Source of the DNA: a plasmid
Length of the DNA: 64,000 bases
Reading direction: 5' to 3' (one strand)
Sequence record: NZ_CP088995.1
Shown: piece after piece, positions 39,466 through 50,098 of the stretch
Layout of the letters: every line of letters begins with the position of its first letter
Position numbering within the stretch: position 1 is the first letter of the stretch
Made by a program: the position numbers and the translations under genes
The notes under the pieces: model-generated
What the model saw: only the letters and a program-made list of their open reading frames with translations
Databases searched by the model: none
Told to the model about the DNA's origin: nothing

Positions 39466-40040
39466 CCACCTTCGGCTCCTGACCCGCTGGCGCGGTTCAG
39501 TCGTCGAGCCACACTCCGCTAACCGCGAAAAGACGCGGTAAGCTCCGCCGAACCCGCTACGCGGTTTCGGGCCTGGCGGCTAGTGTCTGATGTCTGACGT
39601 CAAGGTCAACGGCAGCGCTTGCTGCGACCGTCCCGGTCGCGCCGCTTTCACCGTGCCGGCGAAGGACTGCCGGCACTCTGCGGGGCAACGCCGTTTCGCG
39701 CCCGCGCGTTCCGTCGTTGCGGCGGGTGCCTGCTCCTTTCCCCTGGTACCCGTATCACCCGTTTGAGTCCATTCGCCGGGGCTGAGACAAGCACAACCCG
39801 TCTTGCTGTCCAGGGGACGGCAGGGCCTTTCGCAATAAATTTTTCCCGGCCATTCCGCTGCCGCTTCATTAGGCCGAAAAAAATTTCCCGCTCACCCCCG
39901 GACATCTGCACCGGGCCGTGCTCGTTTACGCCCTTGCGGCGAACGGCTCTCAAACGGGTGAAGGTTATATCCAGGGGGCAGGTTCAGCAGGTCCCCGCAC
40001 AAAGTCAAAACCGCGGCCCCGGCAACTCAACGGGTGATGT
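39466..40040 (+). repeat. Leading-region large repeat, copy 1 (Frpo/ssi-like, ~575 bp), upstream of the 75-aa orf
   Basis: Shares the core …TGTCTGATGTCTGACGTCAAGGTCAACGGCAGCGCTTGCTGCGACCG…CAACTCAACGGGTGATG with copies 2-4. Confidence 0.75.
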
Positions 40041-40065
40041 TCTTTAAAAATCAGGAAAAAGAAAA

Positions 40066-40293
40066 ATGCAGGATCCTTCATTGCGAACGTATCGGATCGC
40101 ATTTCTGGGAAGCAATGCCAGCGGCAATCTGCCGATGTTTACCCGGGTGCAGGCCACGACCGGAAAACGGGCGATAAAAGCGTTTATTGAACGCTGTGAA
40201 CCCGTCAAAGGCTGGTTTCTGGGCGAACCGGAAGACATTACCGATCAGCTTAAGAAGGAGGAAGAAGAAGCGGGAAGCAAACCGCAGATATGA
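40066..40293 (+). CDS. Hypothetical protein (75 aa)
   Basis: ORF 26 bp downstream of repeat copy 1. Confidence 0.4.
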   Translation: MQDPSLRTYRIAFLGSNASGNLPMFTRVQATTGKRAIKAFIERCEPVKGWFLGEPEDITDQLKKEEEEAGSKPQI

Positions 40294-40384
40294 AAAAAGC
40301 AGGGTAAACCCTGCTTCTCCCACGCCGTAAAAATCGCACGAACGGTTTTTCCGGCTTCGTTAACTACCATAAGGAGTCAACTCT

Positions 40385-40615
40385 ATGATCGTTTCTATTT
40401 TTTCACCTTCCGCAGGCGCTGTAAAGCCCCGTCGTCATTCGCGCATTCTGCGCGCAGATATCACCGCACCTGAGATTGATCCCGCTCTCAGAGCTTTCGG
40501 GCGTCATATCGCCAGAAGTCACCGCAAAGGGCGCGGTGTCCACATCCCCGCGATGAAAAATACCGCCCTCGGGCAGGTACTCCGCACGCTGGAACTGAAA
40601 CGCGCATTTAACTGA
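40385..40615 (+). CDS. Hypothetical protein (76 aa)
   Basis: ORF with RBS AAGGAG. Confidence 0.35.
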   Translation: MIVSIFSPSAGAVKPRRHSRILRADITAPEIDPALRAFGRHIARSHRKGRGVHIPAMKNTALGQVLRTLELKRAFN

Positions 40616-40666
40616 TGAGGTGAGCCGCCCCGCGAGGGGCGGCAACTGCAGGAAGGAGAAAACACA

Positions 40667-42022
40667 ATGACACCGACTACCGCACAGATCATGACGGAAA
40701 ATACCGTCAGCCAGACTTACCGGGCAACTTATTCACCCGATGATAATAAATTGCGACTTTACGCATCATTACGGCTCGATGAAGAAACGTATTCCCTGAT
40801 CAACAAAGCAGGCTTTCGCTGGGCGCCCAAACAGGAACTCTTTGTGGCGCCAGCCTGGACGCCGGGGCGGGAGGATGTCCTGCTTTCCCTCGCCGGTGAT
40901 ATCGAGGACGAGGACAGCACCTTGTTTGATCGCCAGGAGCAGCGCGCCGGGCGGTTCAGTGACTACAGTGACCGGCGGGCGGTTGAATCGGAGCAGGCGC
41001 TTGCGCATGTTGATTCGCTGGCATCGGCTGTCCCGCTGGGACAGCCGATCCTGGTAGGCCACCACAGCGAGCGCCGCGCGCGCCGGCATGCGCAGAAAAT
41101 TGAGAACGGCATGAAACGTGCGGTGATGCTGTTCGAGCGCGCCGAATACTGGGAACAGCGCGCGCAGGCCTCTCTGCGGCACGCGAAATACAAGGAGCGT
41201 CCGGATGTGCGTTACCGCCGTATCAAAAAAATCGAGGCGGAATTACGCAAGTCCCAAAAGCACATTGCCCGGTCTGAAAAGTATATGACGATGTGGCGTG
41301 CGCAGACGCTCGATCTGAAAATGGCGTTACTGGTCAGTAATTATGATCATATTCATGCCTGCTTCACGCTCGACAAATACCCCCGCCCGACAGAGAAAAG
41401 CCAGTATGAGGGCTCGATGTCTCTCCATTCTGCCCTGTCTGAGGAGATCATTACTTTTGAACAGGCGCGGGATATTGCGATCCGCTGTCATGAGCGCACG
41501 ATTAGCCACCAACAGCGCTGGGTTAATCATTACCAGAACCGCCTGGCCTACGAACGCGCGATGCTTAATGAAAACGGTGGCGTTGTCACCCGAACAGAGG
41601 AATTTGAACCAGGCGGGCAGGTACTGAGCCGGGGAGAATGGTTAACCATTCTCCGGGTTAACCGGAGTCAGGGGGAGGTGAGTTCAGTCGAAACGCCCTG
41701 TTATCGCTTTCTGGGCTACAGCGGCACGATGAAACTCACGCCCGACCGTATCACGGACTACAAAGCCCCGACAGCGGAGGAAGCCAGCGACGCGAAGAAA
41801 GCGGCGAAGCGCCCACCGATCGTCAACTATCCGGGGGAAGGGTTCCGGGAAATGACAAAGGCCGAGTGGGCGAAATTACCCGCTGATTATAAAGGCGTGC
41901 GGGGTGCTGCAGAAACCGAAACACACGGCGCTTACCGCTTCCGCCGGTGCATGACGCACGGCTGTACGCTCGTGAATGTGTATATCACAGACATGAAAAC
42001 CGTTGAAATTCCGAAAAAATGA
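40667..42022 (+). CDS. Large hypothetical leading-region protein (451 aa; DUF3560-like)
   Basis: Long ORF. No catalytic motif recognised. Confidence 0.5.
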   Translation: MTPTTAQIMTENTVSQTYRATYSPDDNKLRLYASLRLDEETYSLINKAGFRWAPKQELFVAPAWTPGREDVLLSLAGDIEDEDSTLFDRQEQRAGRFSDYSDRRAVESEQALAHVDSLASAVPLGQPILVGHHSERRARRHAQKIENGMKRAVMLFERAEYWEQRAQASLRHAKYKERPDVRYRRIKKIEAELRKSQKHIARSEKYMTMWRAQTLDLKMALLVSNYDHIHACFTLDKYPRPTEKSQYEGSMSLHSALSEEIITFEQARDIAIRCHERTISHQQRWVNHYQNRLAYERAMLNENGGVVTRTEEFEPGGQVLSRGEWLTILRVNRSQGEVSSVETPCYRFLGYSGTMKLTPDRITDYKAPTAEEASDAKKAAKRPPIVNYPGEGFREMTKAEWAKLPADYKGVRGAAETETHGAYRFRRCMTHGCTLVNVYITDMKTVEIPKK

Positions 42023-42069
42023 CAGGAAGGCTCCCCGGCATCTTGCCGGGGAGATCAGGGAGTACATTC

Positions 42070-42633
42070 ATGCATCATGACCTTAAACACCGTATTCAGG
42101 CGATGCGGGACAAACTGGAGGGGCGCGCCCCTGTCGCTGAAATTCAGGGGAGCTCGCAGCTTTTTGTCACCCCCGCCCCGGAATGTCGCCGGCTGGTTGA
42201 GCTGGCTGATGTCCGGGAAACCGATCGCATTCTGGAACCCAGCGCAGGAACGGGCGCCATACTGCAGGCGATCAGGGATACAGTCCCCCGGGCGAAGTGT
42301 GACGCCGTGGAGCTGCACGCCGGATTAGTCAGCCACCTGCAGGCACGTTTCCCGGAGGTCCGGACCTGGTGCGGGGATTTTCTCGAATATCATCCGGATC
42401 GCCGGTATACCCGAATCATCATGAATCCGCCGTTTCATCGCGGTGATGATATCCGGCATATCCGGCGGGCATTAACTCTGCTTGAGCCTGGCGGGATTCT
42501 GACGGGCATATGTCTGGACGGCCCGCGTCAGCAAAAGGCGCTGGAGTCCCTGGCGGACGTCTGGGAGCCGTTGCCGCGGGGAACATTCACGTATACCCAG
42601 GTAGCGACCGCCATCCTCAGAATAACCGTCTGA
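42070..42633 (+). CDS. Orphan SAM-dependent N6-adenine DNA methyltransferase (motif I EPSAGTGA, motif IV NPPF)
   Basis: …LEPSAGTGAILQAI… …IIMNPPFHRGDD…. Confidence 0.7.
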   Translation: MHHDLKHRIQAMRDKLEGRAPVAEIQGSSQLFVTPAPECRRLVELADVRETDRILEPSAGTGAILQAIRDTVPRAKCDAVELHAGLVSHLQARFPEVRTWCGDFLEYHPDRRYTRIIMNPPFHRGDDIRHIRRALTLLEPGGILTGICLDGPRQQKALESLADVWEPLPRGTFTYTQVATAILRITV

Positions 42634-42649
42634 TGACACGTTAAGCCGG

Positions 42650-43440
42650 CGGGGCACCTGTCCCCGTCTGGCCGCGCCTCGAAAGACCGCGCGCCTGCGG
42701 CGCCGGGAAAACCGGGCCGCGCTGACGCGCCGCCCGCATTTCCTTTCCGCGTCTTCCCTGTTTGCTGCCTGCTGTCTGTCTGCTTCCTCTTCTTCTCCCT
42801 GCTGTGATGCCTCTTTTTAACCCTTAAAGGCTTTAAAAGCACACCCACACTGGACACCTTCGGCTCCTGGCCAGCTACGCTGTCCGGTCGTCGAGCCACA
42901 CTCCGCTAACCGCGAAAAGACGCGGTAAGCTCCGCCGAACCCGCTACGCGGTTTCGGGCCTGGCGGCTAGTGTCTGATGTCTGACGTCAAGGTCAACGGC
43001 AGCGCTTGCTGCGACCGTCCCGGTCGCGCCGCTTTCACCGTGCCGGCGATAAAGCTGCCGGCACTCTGCGGGGCAACGCCGTTTCGCGCCCGCGCTCTTC
43101 GTCGTTGCGGCGGGTGCCTGCTCCTTTCCCCTGGTACCCGTATCACCCGTTTGAGTCCATTCGCCGGGGCTGAGACAAGCACAACCCGTCTTGCTGTCCA
43201 GGGGACGGCAGGGCCTTTCGCAATAAATTTTTCCCGGCCATTCCGCTGCCGCTTCATTAGGCCGAAAAAAATTTCCCGCTCACCCCCGGACATCTGCACC
43301 GGGCCGTGCTCGTTTACGCCCTTGCGGCGAACGGCTCTCAAACGGGTGAAGGTTATATCCAGGGGGCAGGTTCAGCAGGTCCCCGCACAAAGTCAAAACC
43401 GCGGCCCCGGCAACTCAACGGGTGATGGTTTTAAAAGGCA
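42650..43440 (+). repeat. Leading-region large repeat, copy 2 (~790 bp, including the 5' extension shared with copy 4), upstream of ssb
   Basis: Near-identical to copy 4 over ~780 bp. Confidence 0.75.
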
Positions 43441-43465
43441 AAACAACGGATTAAGGAGATTCATC

Positions 43466-44008
43466 ATGGCAGCACGTGGCGTTAACAAAGTCATTCTGGT
43501 TGGACATCTGGGACAGGACCCGGAAGTGCGTTACATGCCCAACGGGGGCGCAGTGGTCAATCTGACGCTGGCCACGTCTGAAACATGGCGTGACAAGCAG
43601 ACGGGAGAGATGCGCGAAAACACCGAGTGGCACCGTGTTGTCATGTTCGGCAAGCTCGCGGAAGTGGCGGGTGAATACCTGCGTAAAGGCGCACAGGTCT
43701 ACATCGAGGGCCAGCTGCGCACCCGCAACTGGCAGGACGATGCCGGAGTCACGCGCTACGTCACCGAGGTGCTGGTCGGGCAGAACGGCACCCTGCAGAT
43801 GCTCGGCGGCCGCCGTGAATCCGGAGTGCCTGAGAGCGCCGCGCAGCCGCAAAATCCTGCCACCCCGGCACAACCTGCTCAGGCCGCAGCTAAATCCCCG
43901 AAAGCGAAGGGCGGTAAGAAAGGCCGTCAGGATGCCGCCCCGTCTCAGCAACCGCCTCAGCCACTCCCGGATGATTTCCCACCAATGGATGATGACGCGC
44001 CCTTTTAA
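43466..44008 (+). CDS. ssb: Plasmid single-stranded DNA-binding protein SSB (180 aa)
   Basis: [39 protein letters not shown]… with the C-terminal DDDAPF-like tail …[12 protein letters not shown]. Confidence 0.95.
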   Translation: MAARGVNKVILVGHLGQDPEVRYMPNGGAVVNLTLATSETWRDKQTGEMRENTEWHRVVMFGKLAEVAGEYLRKGAQVYIEGQLRTRNWQDDAGVTRYVTEVLVGQNGTLQMLGGRRESGVPESAAQPQNPATPAQPAQAAAKSPKAKGGKKGRQDAAPSQQPPQPLPDDFPPMDDDAPF

Positions 44009-44056
44009 ACCACGATGAAGACGCCCCGTTCAGGCGGGGCAGAAAAGGAGAAACAC

Positions 44057-44305
44057 ATGGACCATAACGTTTTGTCCCCGCTTGTATCCCTGCCGGATGG
44101 CACGTTTACCCGCGAGCAGGCTCAGGTTGTCGCAGCGCAGTATCAGAATGTGGCGATTGAAGATGACCAGGGGACCCATTTTCGCCTTGTCGTCCGTCAT
44201 CAGGATGACGGCAGCATGATCTGGCGCGTCTGGAATTTTGAACCGGGCGGCGAGGACATGATGAACCGCTACATCCGGGACTACGGAGTACGCAAAACGA
44301 AGTAA
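44057..44305 (+). CDS. Hypothetical protein (82 aa) downstream of ssb
   Basis: ORF with RBS AAAGGAG. Confidence 0.4.
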   Translation: MDHNVLSPLVSLPDGTFTREQAQVVAAQYQNVAIEDDQGTHFRLVVRHQDDGSMIWRVWNFEPGGEDMMNRYIRDYGVRKTK

Positions 44306-44374
44306 GCAGTAAGAAGAAGGCCGGACAGGTGGGCTGTCCGGCAGACATTCATCAATAGCTAAGAGGTATCAATT

Positions 44375-46432
44375 ATGTCTGCAACAGAGTCTAAGGTAAA
44401 AACTGCACCGAAAACCAGCAAAAAAACGCTTAAGTCTGCCGAAGCTGAGGCGCTTAAAGTGGCTCTCGATGCCGCACAGGTCGAGTATGTCCCGGTGACG
44501 GCACTGGTGAAGTCTCCCCTGAACGTCAGGACCATTCCCTATCCGGCGGAGAAAGTCTGTTCAATGGCAGATTCCATTGAAGCCATTGGCCTGTTGCAGA
44601 ATCTGGTCGTGCATAACCTCCCGGATGGTCGCTGTGGTGTGGCTGCCGGTGGTCGTCGCCTGAAAGCGCTGCAGCTCCTGCAGAGTGAAAACCGTATCGA
44701 TGCCGGATATCAGGTGATGGTGAAAAAGGTACCTGATGAACTGGCTGTTGCGGCATCAATGGCAGAAAACGAACAGCAGATGGCAATGCATCCGTCTGAA
44801 CAGATCGCCGGGTTCCGCACACTGGCAGAGCAGGGGAAAACCGCCGCGCAGATTGGCGATTTGCTTGGGTTCGGTACGCGTCATGTTCAGCGCATGTTGA
44901 AGCTGACCGAACTGGCTCCCGAAATTCTGGCGGCGCTGGCGAAGGATGAAATCACCACCGAACACTGCCAGGCACTGGCGCTCGAAAGCGATCAGAAACG
45001 CCAGGTGGAAGTGCTGGAATCCGCCCGCAAACGGTCCTGGAATAATGAAGCATCAGTTTCCTCGATCCGTAACCTCATTATCTCAGAAGAGGTTTCCACA
45101 AACGGCGACAAATTCCGCTTTGTGGGAGAGGCCGCATTCAGTCCGGATGAAATCCGGGTTGATCTCTTCAGCAGCGAAAACGGCGGCTATGTCAAAAGTG
45201 CATCGCTCGATACCGCCCTGCTGGAAAAACTGCAGAACATCGCGGAGCACCTCCGCGAAGCGGAAGGCTGGTCATGGTGTGATGGTCGTCTTGACCCGAT
45301 TTCACACTACGGGAAGGACACTAAAATCTGGCGCCTGCATGCTGTCCCGCCTGTGGAATATACCGAAGCCGAATCAGAACGTCTTGCAGAGCTGGAAGCT
45401 CTGGAAGCTAAGTATGAAGACGAGAACCCCGGCGTGAATGATGACGTCGTGGCCGGGGCTCTGGAAGCCGTCTGGGAAGAACAGCAGACCATCGCGCACC
45501 GGGCAAAACACCGGGCATGGACGGATGAAATGAAGCAATCTGCCGGAGTGGTGGTTTCCTGGACTGGCCAGGAGGTGAAAGTACAGCGCGGTGTGGTGCT
45601 GTGCGCCGATGAAAAAATGGAGGAGAAGGATGCATCCACCGATCAGGCCCCTGAAAAAGTCGATCCGCTGGACGCCGTCAGTGTCCCGTTGCTGACCCGC
45701 CTTTCTTCTGAACGCACACTGGCGGTTCAGGCGGCCCTGTTGCAGCAGCCGCAGAAAGCCGTCGCGCTGATGGTCTGGAAAATGTGTAACTCGGTTTTCC
45801 ATACCACAACGTCCGTCAAAGAGCCGTTCTGCATTAGCGTGAGTGTGTCGCATTACGCGCTGACCCGTGAAGCACCTGACGGTGAAAACAGCGTTGCGTT
45901 TCAGGCCATCCAGTCAGAAAAAGAACGTCTTGAAGCCCTGCTGCCGGAAAACTGGCGAAAGGATATGACCACCTTCTTTACGCTCGATGGCGCAACCCTG
46001 ATGGCACTGATGGCTTTCTGCACCGCCTGCTCCATAGATGGTGTACAGGGCAAGGATGAATCTGGTCGTAAACACCAGAGTTCGCTGGATGGGGTGGAAA
46101 ACGCCATTCAGTTTGACCTTCGTGACTGGTGGAAACCGACGGCTGATAACCTTTTCTCGCACATGAAGCTGCCACACATTGTACAGGCACTCTCTCAGGC
46201 CGGACTGGCTGGCGCAGCACAGGACGCCGCGAAGATGAAGAAAAAGGATGCCGCTGAACATGCAGAGCACTTCCTCTCAAAAATCCGTTGGGTTCCGGAA
46301 TGGATGACCAGTGCTGACAATCAGAAACAGCCTGCCGCAAAGTCTGAACTCAGTCTGGCAACAAGTCAGAACGATACCGACGCTGATGCCGGCGACGTCA
46401 CCGACCATAACAACCCGGCCTGCGCCGCCTGA
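44375..46432 (+). CDS. ParB-like nuclease-domain protein of the leading region (685 aa)
   Basis: N-terminal ParB/Srx motif (…LVHNLPDGRCGVAAGGRRLKAL…). Confidence 0.7.
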   Translation: MSATESKVKTAPKTSKKTLKSAEAEALKVALDAAQVEYVPVTALVKSPLNVRTIPYPAEKVCSMADSIEAIGLLQNLVVHNLPDGRCGVAAGGRRLKALQLLQSENRIDAGYQVMVKKVPDELAVAASMAENEQQMAMHPSEQIAGFRTLAEQGKTAAQIGDLLGFGTRHVQRMLKLTELAPEILAALAKDEITTEHCQALALESDQKRQVEVLESARKRSWNNEASVSSIRNLIISEEVSTNGDKFRFVGEAAFSPDEIRVDLFSSENGGYVKSASLDTALLEKLQNIAEHLREAEGWSWCDGRLDPISHYGKDTKIWRLHAVPPVEYTEAESERLAELEALEAKYEDENPGVNDDVVAGALEAVWEEQQTIAHRAKHRAWTDEMKQSAGVVVSWTGQEVKVQRGVVLCADEKMEEKDASTDQAPEKVDPLDAVSVPLLTRLSSERTLAVQAALLQQPQKAVALMVWKMCNSVFHTTTSVKEPFCISVSVSHYALTREAPDGENSVAFQAIQSEKERLEALLPENWRKDMTTFFTLDGATLMALMAFCTACSIDGVQGKDESGRKHQSSLDGVENAIQFDLRDWWKPTADNLFSHMKLPHIVQALSQAGLAGAAQDAAKMKKKDAAEHAEHFLSKIRWVPEWMTSADNQKQPAAKSELSLATSQNDTDADAGDVTDHNNPACAA

Positions 46433-46476
46433 TAACGGAGACGCCGCCCTGCGGGGCGGCGATAAGGAGACTGAAA

Positions 46477-46908
46477 ATGAAAACGTTACTGACTCTGGAT
46501 GTCCTGAAAACCATGTCTTCTGATGAGCTGGAAGACTACCGCGCCGCCGGTGAAGACTTTCGCCGGGAGCTGAGTCACGCTGTCATGCGCGATCTGACCT
46601 CACCGTCCGGCTGGTCCGTGAATGCCGAATACCGGTGCGAATTTGGCGGCTTCTTTCCTGTCCAGATCCGTTTTACCCCCTCTCATGGTCACTTTGATGT
46701 GGCGGTATGCAGTCCGGGGGAGTTGAATCCTCGCTGGATAGTGGTCTTTGTTACCCGTGACGGTCAGCCGTTCTCTGTCGTTCGCGTGATGGATGCATTC
46801 AACCCTGAACTCATCACCCATACTCTGGATCTCATCGAGTGTCTTGACGCCGGTGGCTACTCGTTTGCCAGCATCATCAGCACGCTGTCACAGGAGGGCG
46901 CACAATGA
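46477..46908 (+). CDS. psiB: Plasmid SOS inhibition protein PsiB
   Basis: MKTLLTLDVLKTMSSDELEDYRAAGEDFRRELSHAVMRDL… is the PsiB family. Confidence 0.9.
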   Translation: MKTLLTLDVLKTMSSDELEDYRAAGEDFRRELSHAVMRDLTSPSGWSVNAEYRCEFGGFFPVQIRFTPSHGHFDVAVCSPGELNPRWIVVFVTRDGQPFSVVRVMDAFNPELITHTLDLIECLDAGGYSFASIISTLSQEGAQ

Positions 46909-47633
46909 TCCCGTCATCCAGTGCTCTTGTATCCCTGAAACCAGCCCGTCAGGCAGCGCTGCAGGCCATCATGACGGTGGAAGAGGCTCGCCAGCGCGGC
47001 GCACGTCTGCCATCGATGCCACACGTCCGGACATTCCTGCGCCTGCTGACAGGCTGTAGCCGGATTAACAGTGACGTTGCCCGCCGTATTCCGGGCCTTC
47101 ACCGTGATCCAAAAGACCGCCTTTCCAGCCTGAAACAGGTGGAAGAGGCGCTGGATATGCTTATCTCCAGCCACGGGGAATACTGTCCGCTGCCGCTGAC
47201 AATGGATGTGCAGGCTGAACTTTTTCCGGAAGTCCTTCATACCCGAACAGTACGCAGGCTAAAACGTCAGGACTTTGCCTTCACCCGAAAAATGCGCCGT
47301 GAAGCCCGTCAGGTCGAGCAGTCCTGGTTACTGCGTCAGAACCTGCTGGGACAGGCTGTCACAGAACTGAATTTTCAGTCACCGGAAACCGTCTGCACCT
47401 GGTACACCCGGTGGAGCGACGAGTTTGACGCGGCAGAGCTTGCAGCACCGTTCTGGCGCTGGCAGTCGCGATTCACATCGCTGAAGGAACTGGACTGGCT
47501 TCGCATCAGCGGTGAGCCGCTGTATGCAGTGATGTACGAAATTCCGTTAATTGTCCGGGAAACACCTGAGCATATTCGTGTTGCTGAACGCTGGCAGGTG
47601 CCAAATAAGCTGGCTGATCGGAGTGGTGTATGA
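46905..47633 (+). CDS. psiA: Plasmid SOS inhibition protein PsiA
   Basis: Overlaps the psiB stop. PsiA-like length and motifs (…TPETV…WYTRWS…). Confidence 0.75.
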   Translation: MIPSSSALVSLKPARQAALQAIMTVEEARQRGARLPSMPHVRTFLRLLTGCSRINSDVARRIPGLHRDPKDRLSSLKQVEEALDMLISSHGEYCPLPLTMDVQAELFPEVLHTRTVRRLKRQDFAFTRKMRREARQVEQSWLLRQNLLGQAVTELNFQSPETVCTWYTRWSDEFDAAELAAPFWRWQSRFTSLKELDWLRISGEPLYAVMYEIPLIVRETPEHIRVAERWQVPNKLADRSGV

Positions 47634-47956
47634 AGTGGCGCTATTCTCTGCGCTGGAAACTGCCGCACAGGCCCTGCCCGGGTCCACGGGAACTGATTTC
47701 CGTTGTCGTGGAGGCTGGGCAGGCGGCACCTGAAGAGGTGATGTCACGCTGGGTGGCTGGCTCAGGTTACGCTGTATGCGTGGATTTTCACGGCCAGAAA
47801 CAGATCCAACGCTGGAGCGATGAACGGAAAGCTGCGGTGAGAAGGCGCAACATGCAGGCTCGTATTCATCGTGTTGCCCCTTTGTTTGCCGACGAGTTAA
47901 TCGAGCGTGAACTGGCTGCGCGTCCGGAGTATTTCAATGGCAAGTCCGCCCGATGA
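47630..47956 (+). CDS. Hypothetical protein (108 aa)
   Basis: ORF overlapping the psiA stop. Confidence 0.35.
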   Translation: MKWRYSLRWKLPHRPCPGPRELISVVVEAGQAAPEEVMSRWVAGSGYAVCVDFHGQKQIQRWSDERKAAVRRRNMQARIHRVAPLFADELIERELAARPEYFNGKSAR

Positions 47957-47984
47957 ATAAGTACAATGCTGTCTGACAACTCAG

Positions 47985-48386
47985 ATGGCCAAATACAAGG
48001 AAAGCAGAACTATGAGGTACTGGTTGCTCGTTATCTTAATGAACGTGCTGTTCTGGTTGATCGTGAAGCATGTTGCTCCGGAATGGTATGGTTCCCCTTG
48101 TTATTATGCAGGCCAGATTATCTGCACACTAATAGCTGCGGTCATCACATGGCGTGATCCGCCTGACTGGTTAGATGGAATCCTGCTCGGCGTTATAGAA
48201 TTCGGCGTTCTGATTGCCGGGATTATATTCTTTGTCTGGGGCATCGGGTACAAGCTGGCATTCTGGGGGCAACATGATCCTAATACCATATATGCAAGTG
48301 CAAACGATGTGATTTTGCCTAATCTTGCGCTGGGCACGGGCGTCTTGATTGCGGGATGGGTATACATTAGATATTTAAAGCGCTAA
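47985..48386 (+). CDS. Hypothetical membrane protein (133 aa, 4 TM)
   Basis: Hydrophobic ORF. Confidence 0.4.
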   Translation: MAKYKESRTMRYWLLVILMNVLFWLIVKHVAPEWYGSPCYYAGQIICTLIAAVITWRDPPDWLDGILLGVIEFGVLIAGIIFFVWGIGYKLAFWGQHDPNTIYASANDVILPNLALGTGVLIAGWVYIRYLKR

Positions 48387-48613
48387 GCAGCATAAAGCGT
48401 GGATATACCTGGTAAGAAATAGCACCGTCCCGGTATAATCGACGTGGCGCTTGAGGCTTTTTGCCTCATGACGTGAAGGTGGTTTGTTACCGTGTTGTGT
48501 GGCAAAAAGCAGAAAGCCCCGTAGTTAATTTTCATTAACCCACGAGGCCACCTGTATGCCTAGACAACATCAGGATAGCCTCTTAGATGCCGCAAGGCAA
48601 GGAGAAGAAGGCC

Positions 48614-48772
48614 ATGAAACTGCCGCGAAACACTCTGCTCGGGTGCGTATTAATAGTGTGCCTCACACTGCTGATATTCACTTACCTCACCCGGAAATCA
48701 CTTTGTGAAATCCGGTACAGGGACACGAACAGGGAGGTGGCGGCTTTTCTGGCTTACGAATCCGCTAAGTAG
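48614..48772 (+). CDS. hok: Hok-family type I toxin (52 aa). Its antisense RNA and mok-like leader are expected just upstream, ~48450-48613.
   Basis: [52 protein letters not shown]. Confidence 0.85.
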   Translation: MKLPRNTLLGCVLIVCLTLLIFTYLTRKSLCEIRYRDTNREVAAFLAYESAK

Positions 48773-49464
48773 CTAACCCCGGCGGGGGGAAGCCCCCGCC
48801 ATTCAGGGGAGATGATGTCTGACAAGCCTGAAGCGCCTTTATGAAGGGGTTACCGTTCACCGGTAGCCCCTTTTTCCTGCTTACAGGAAAAAAAGCCCGC
48901 ACGACAGGCGGGCAAAAATCTTTCATCTACCTACAACACAGATTCAATGAATCGCAAGTCACATTAACATCCTTCATTCACCGTAACACCCTGTCATCAG
49001 TCTGAAAAAAAAGTGATTGATTGTGAACATTTGGGTTCTGGTGATAAGTTCTCTCTGTAGCGTAGCCCTCTTTACGGAGGGGTGGAAACAGCAACGGCAG
49101 AGTTAAAAGACCACGAGTCAGTGAGGCTGTCCAAAGGCTCCCCGGGGAAACCCGGCGCTACATCAGGTTGCATAGCACTTAACCCGCCCGCCTGCCGGGT
49201 TTTCCTTCCGGAAAAGTGCTGCTATAACTTATTCGTGCAATGCGCGGTATCCGCTTTCCTGGTAAATCAGTCGCCCGGTCTGCCAGGTGATACTGCAGTT
49301 CATTCCTTATATGATACAGTGATGTTCGCCTGCTTTTTAAGCAGGCTTTTTTTGTTGATTATGTATGACATCTGTCATACAGTTGATTGCGTAATGAACA
49401 GAAATTGTTCCACTTAACTCAGTGAGGCGAAGCGCAGTCGCGGGTGAGCCAAAGGAGAGCCAGC

Positions 49465-49737
49465 ATGAACTTCACGATAAAATCCCGTAAAACCGGCGAA
49501 ATTTTCAGTTTTTACGCACCCGACAGTGGTGGTTATGTTCACCTGGAGTCCCCGGGGCACCCTGGTAACACCGGCGCCCAGATTTGCCGTGGTGGAGGGT
49601 TTATGGGGAGTACGCTTTCCTGTGGCGCTTCTGAGGACGATCTGGCCAGTGTTGCCCGTAAATGGTACCGACAGTTCGTGAGGGAGCGGCGCAAATTCTT
49701 AATTATGTCGGGCCAGTATTCTGAGGATAACCAGTGA
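49465..49737 (+). CDS. Hypothetical protein (90 aa)
   Basis: ORF. Confidence 0.35.
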   Translation: MNFTIKSRKTGEIFSFYAPDSGGYVHLESPGHPGNTGAQICRGGGFMGSTLSCGASEDDLASVARKWYRQFVRERRKFLIMSGQYSEDNQ

Positions 49738-50084
49738 AAAAAGAGATCTCCCGCAACCCCTCTTTCACACCTTCGCCTAAGCTGCGAGCACATCTGAACT
49801 CCCACAGGGAAGGGGTGACTGAACGGCTGAATAATATCTTTGATCGCTATGCGCATCTGGTTCGCGCCTGTGCCCTTCCTCTCGATGACGACGAAACACA
49901 GGTTCTGCTTAATGTTCTGAATGGCTCCGTTGTGGAACCCGCCTTTATTGAATATCTGGCTCAGGAAATTCGGGACTCGGATGATTATCTGGAAGGGATA
50001 CCCGCAGCTAAATCACTGTACGAAAAGTGTCAGTCAGCGACCTATCCGCAATTGCTGGCCACCGTCGAACGGCTCGATCGCTGA
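49734..50084 (+). CDS. Hypothetical protein (116 aa)
   Basis: ORF overlapping the upstream stop. Confidence 0.35.
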   Translation: MKKEISRNPSFTPSPKLRAHLNSHREGVTERLNNIFDRYAHLVRACALPLDDDETQVLLNVLNGSVVEPAFIEYLAQEIRDSDDYLEGIPAAKSLYEKCQSATYPQLLATVERLDR

Positions 50085-50098
50085 AGAAGGTAAATCCG

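Noticed and set aside
39648-39953. ORFs inside the leading-region repeats (39648-39953, 42967-43341, 42977-43465 N-terminal extension of ssb, 50814-51131, 53275-53616, 53411-53608)
   Set aside because: Near-identical spurious ORFs recur in every repeat copy on both strands. ssb's true start is 43466, with an RBS. The repeats are interpreted as non-coding structured DNA.
44526-46340. Several minus-strand ORFs (for example 45374-45853, 45914-46270, 45978-46340) within the parB-like gene
   Set aside because: Antisense to a long, well-supported plus-strand gene. No RBS.
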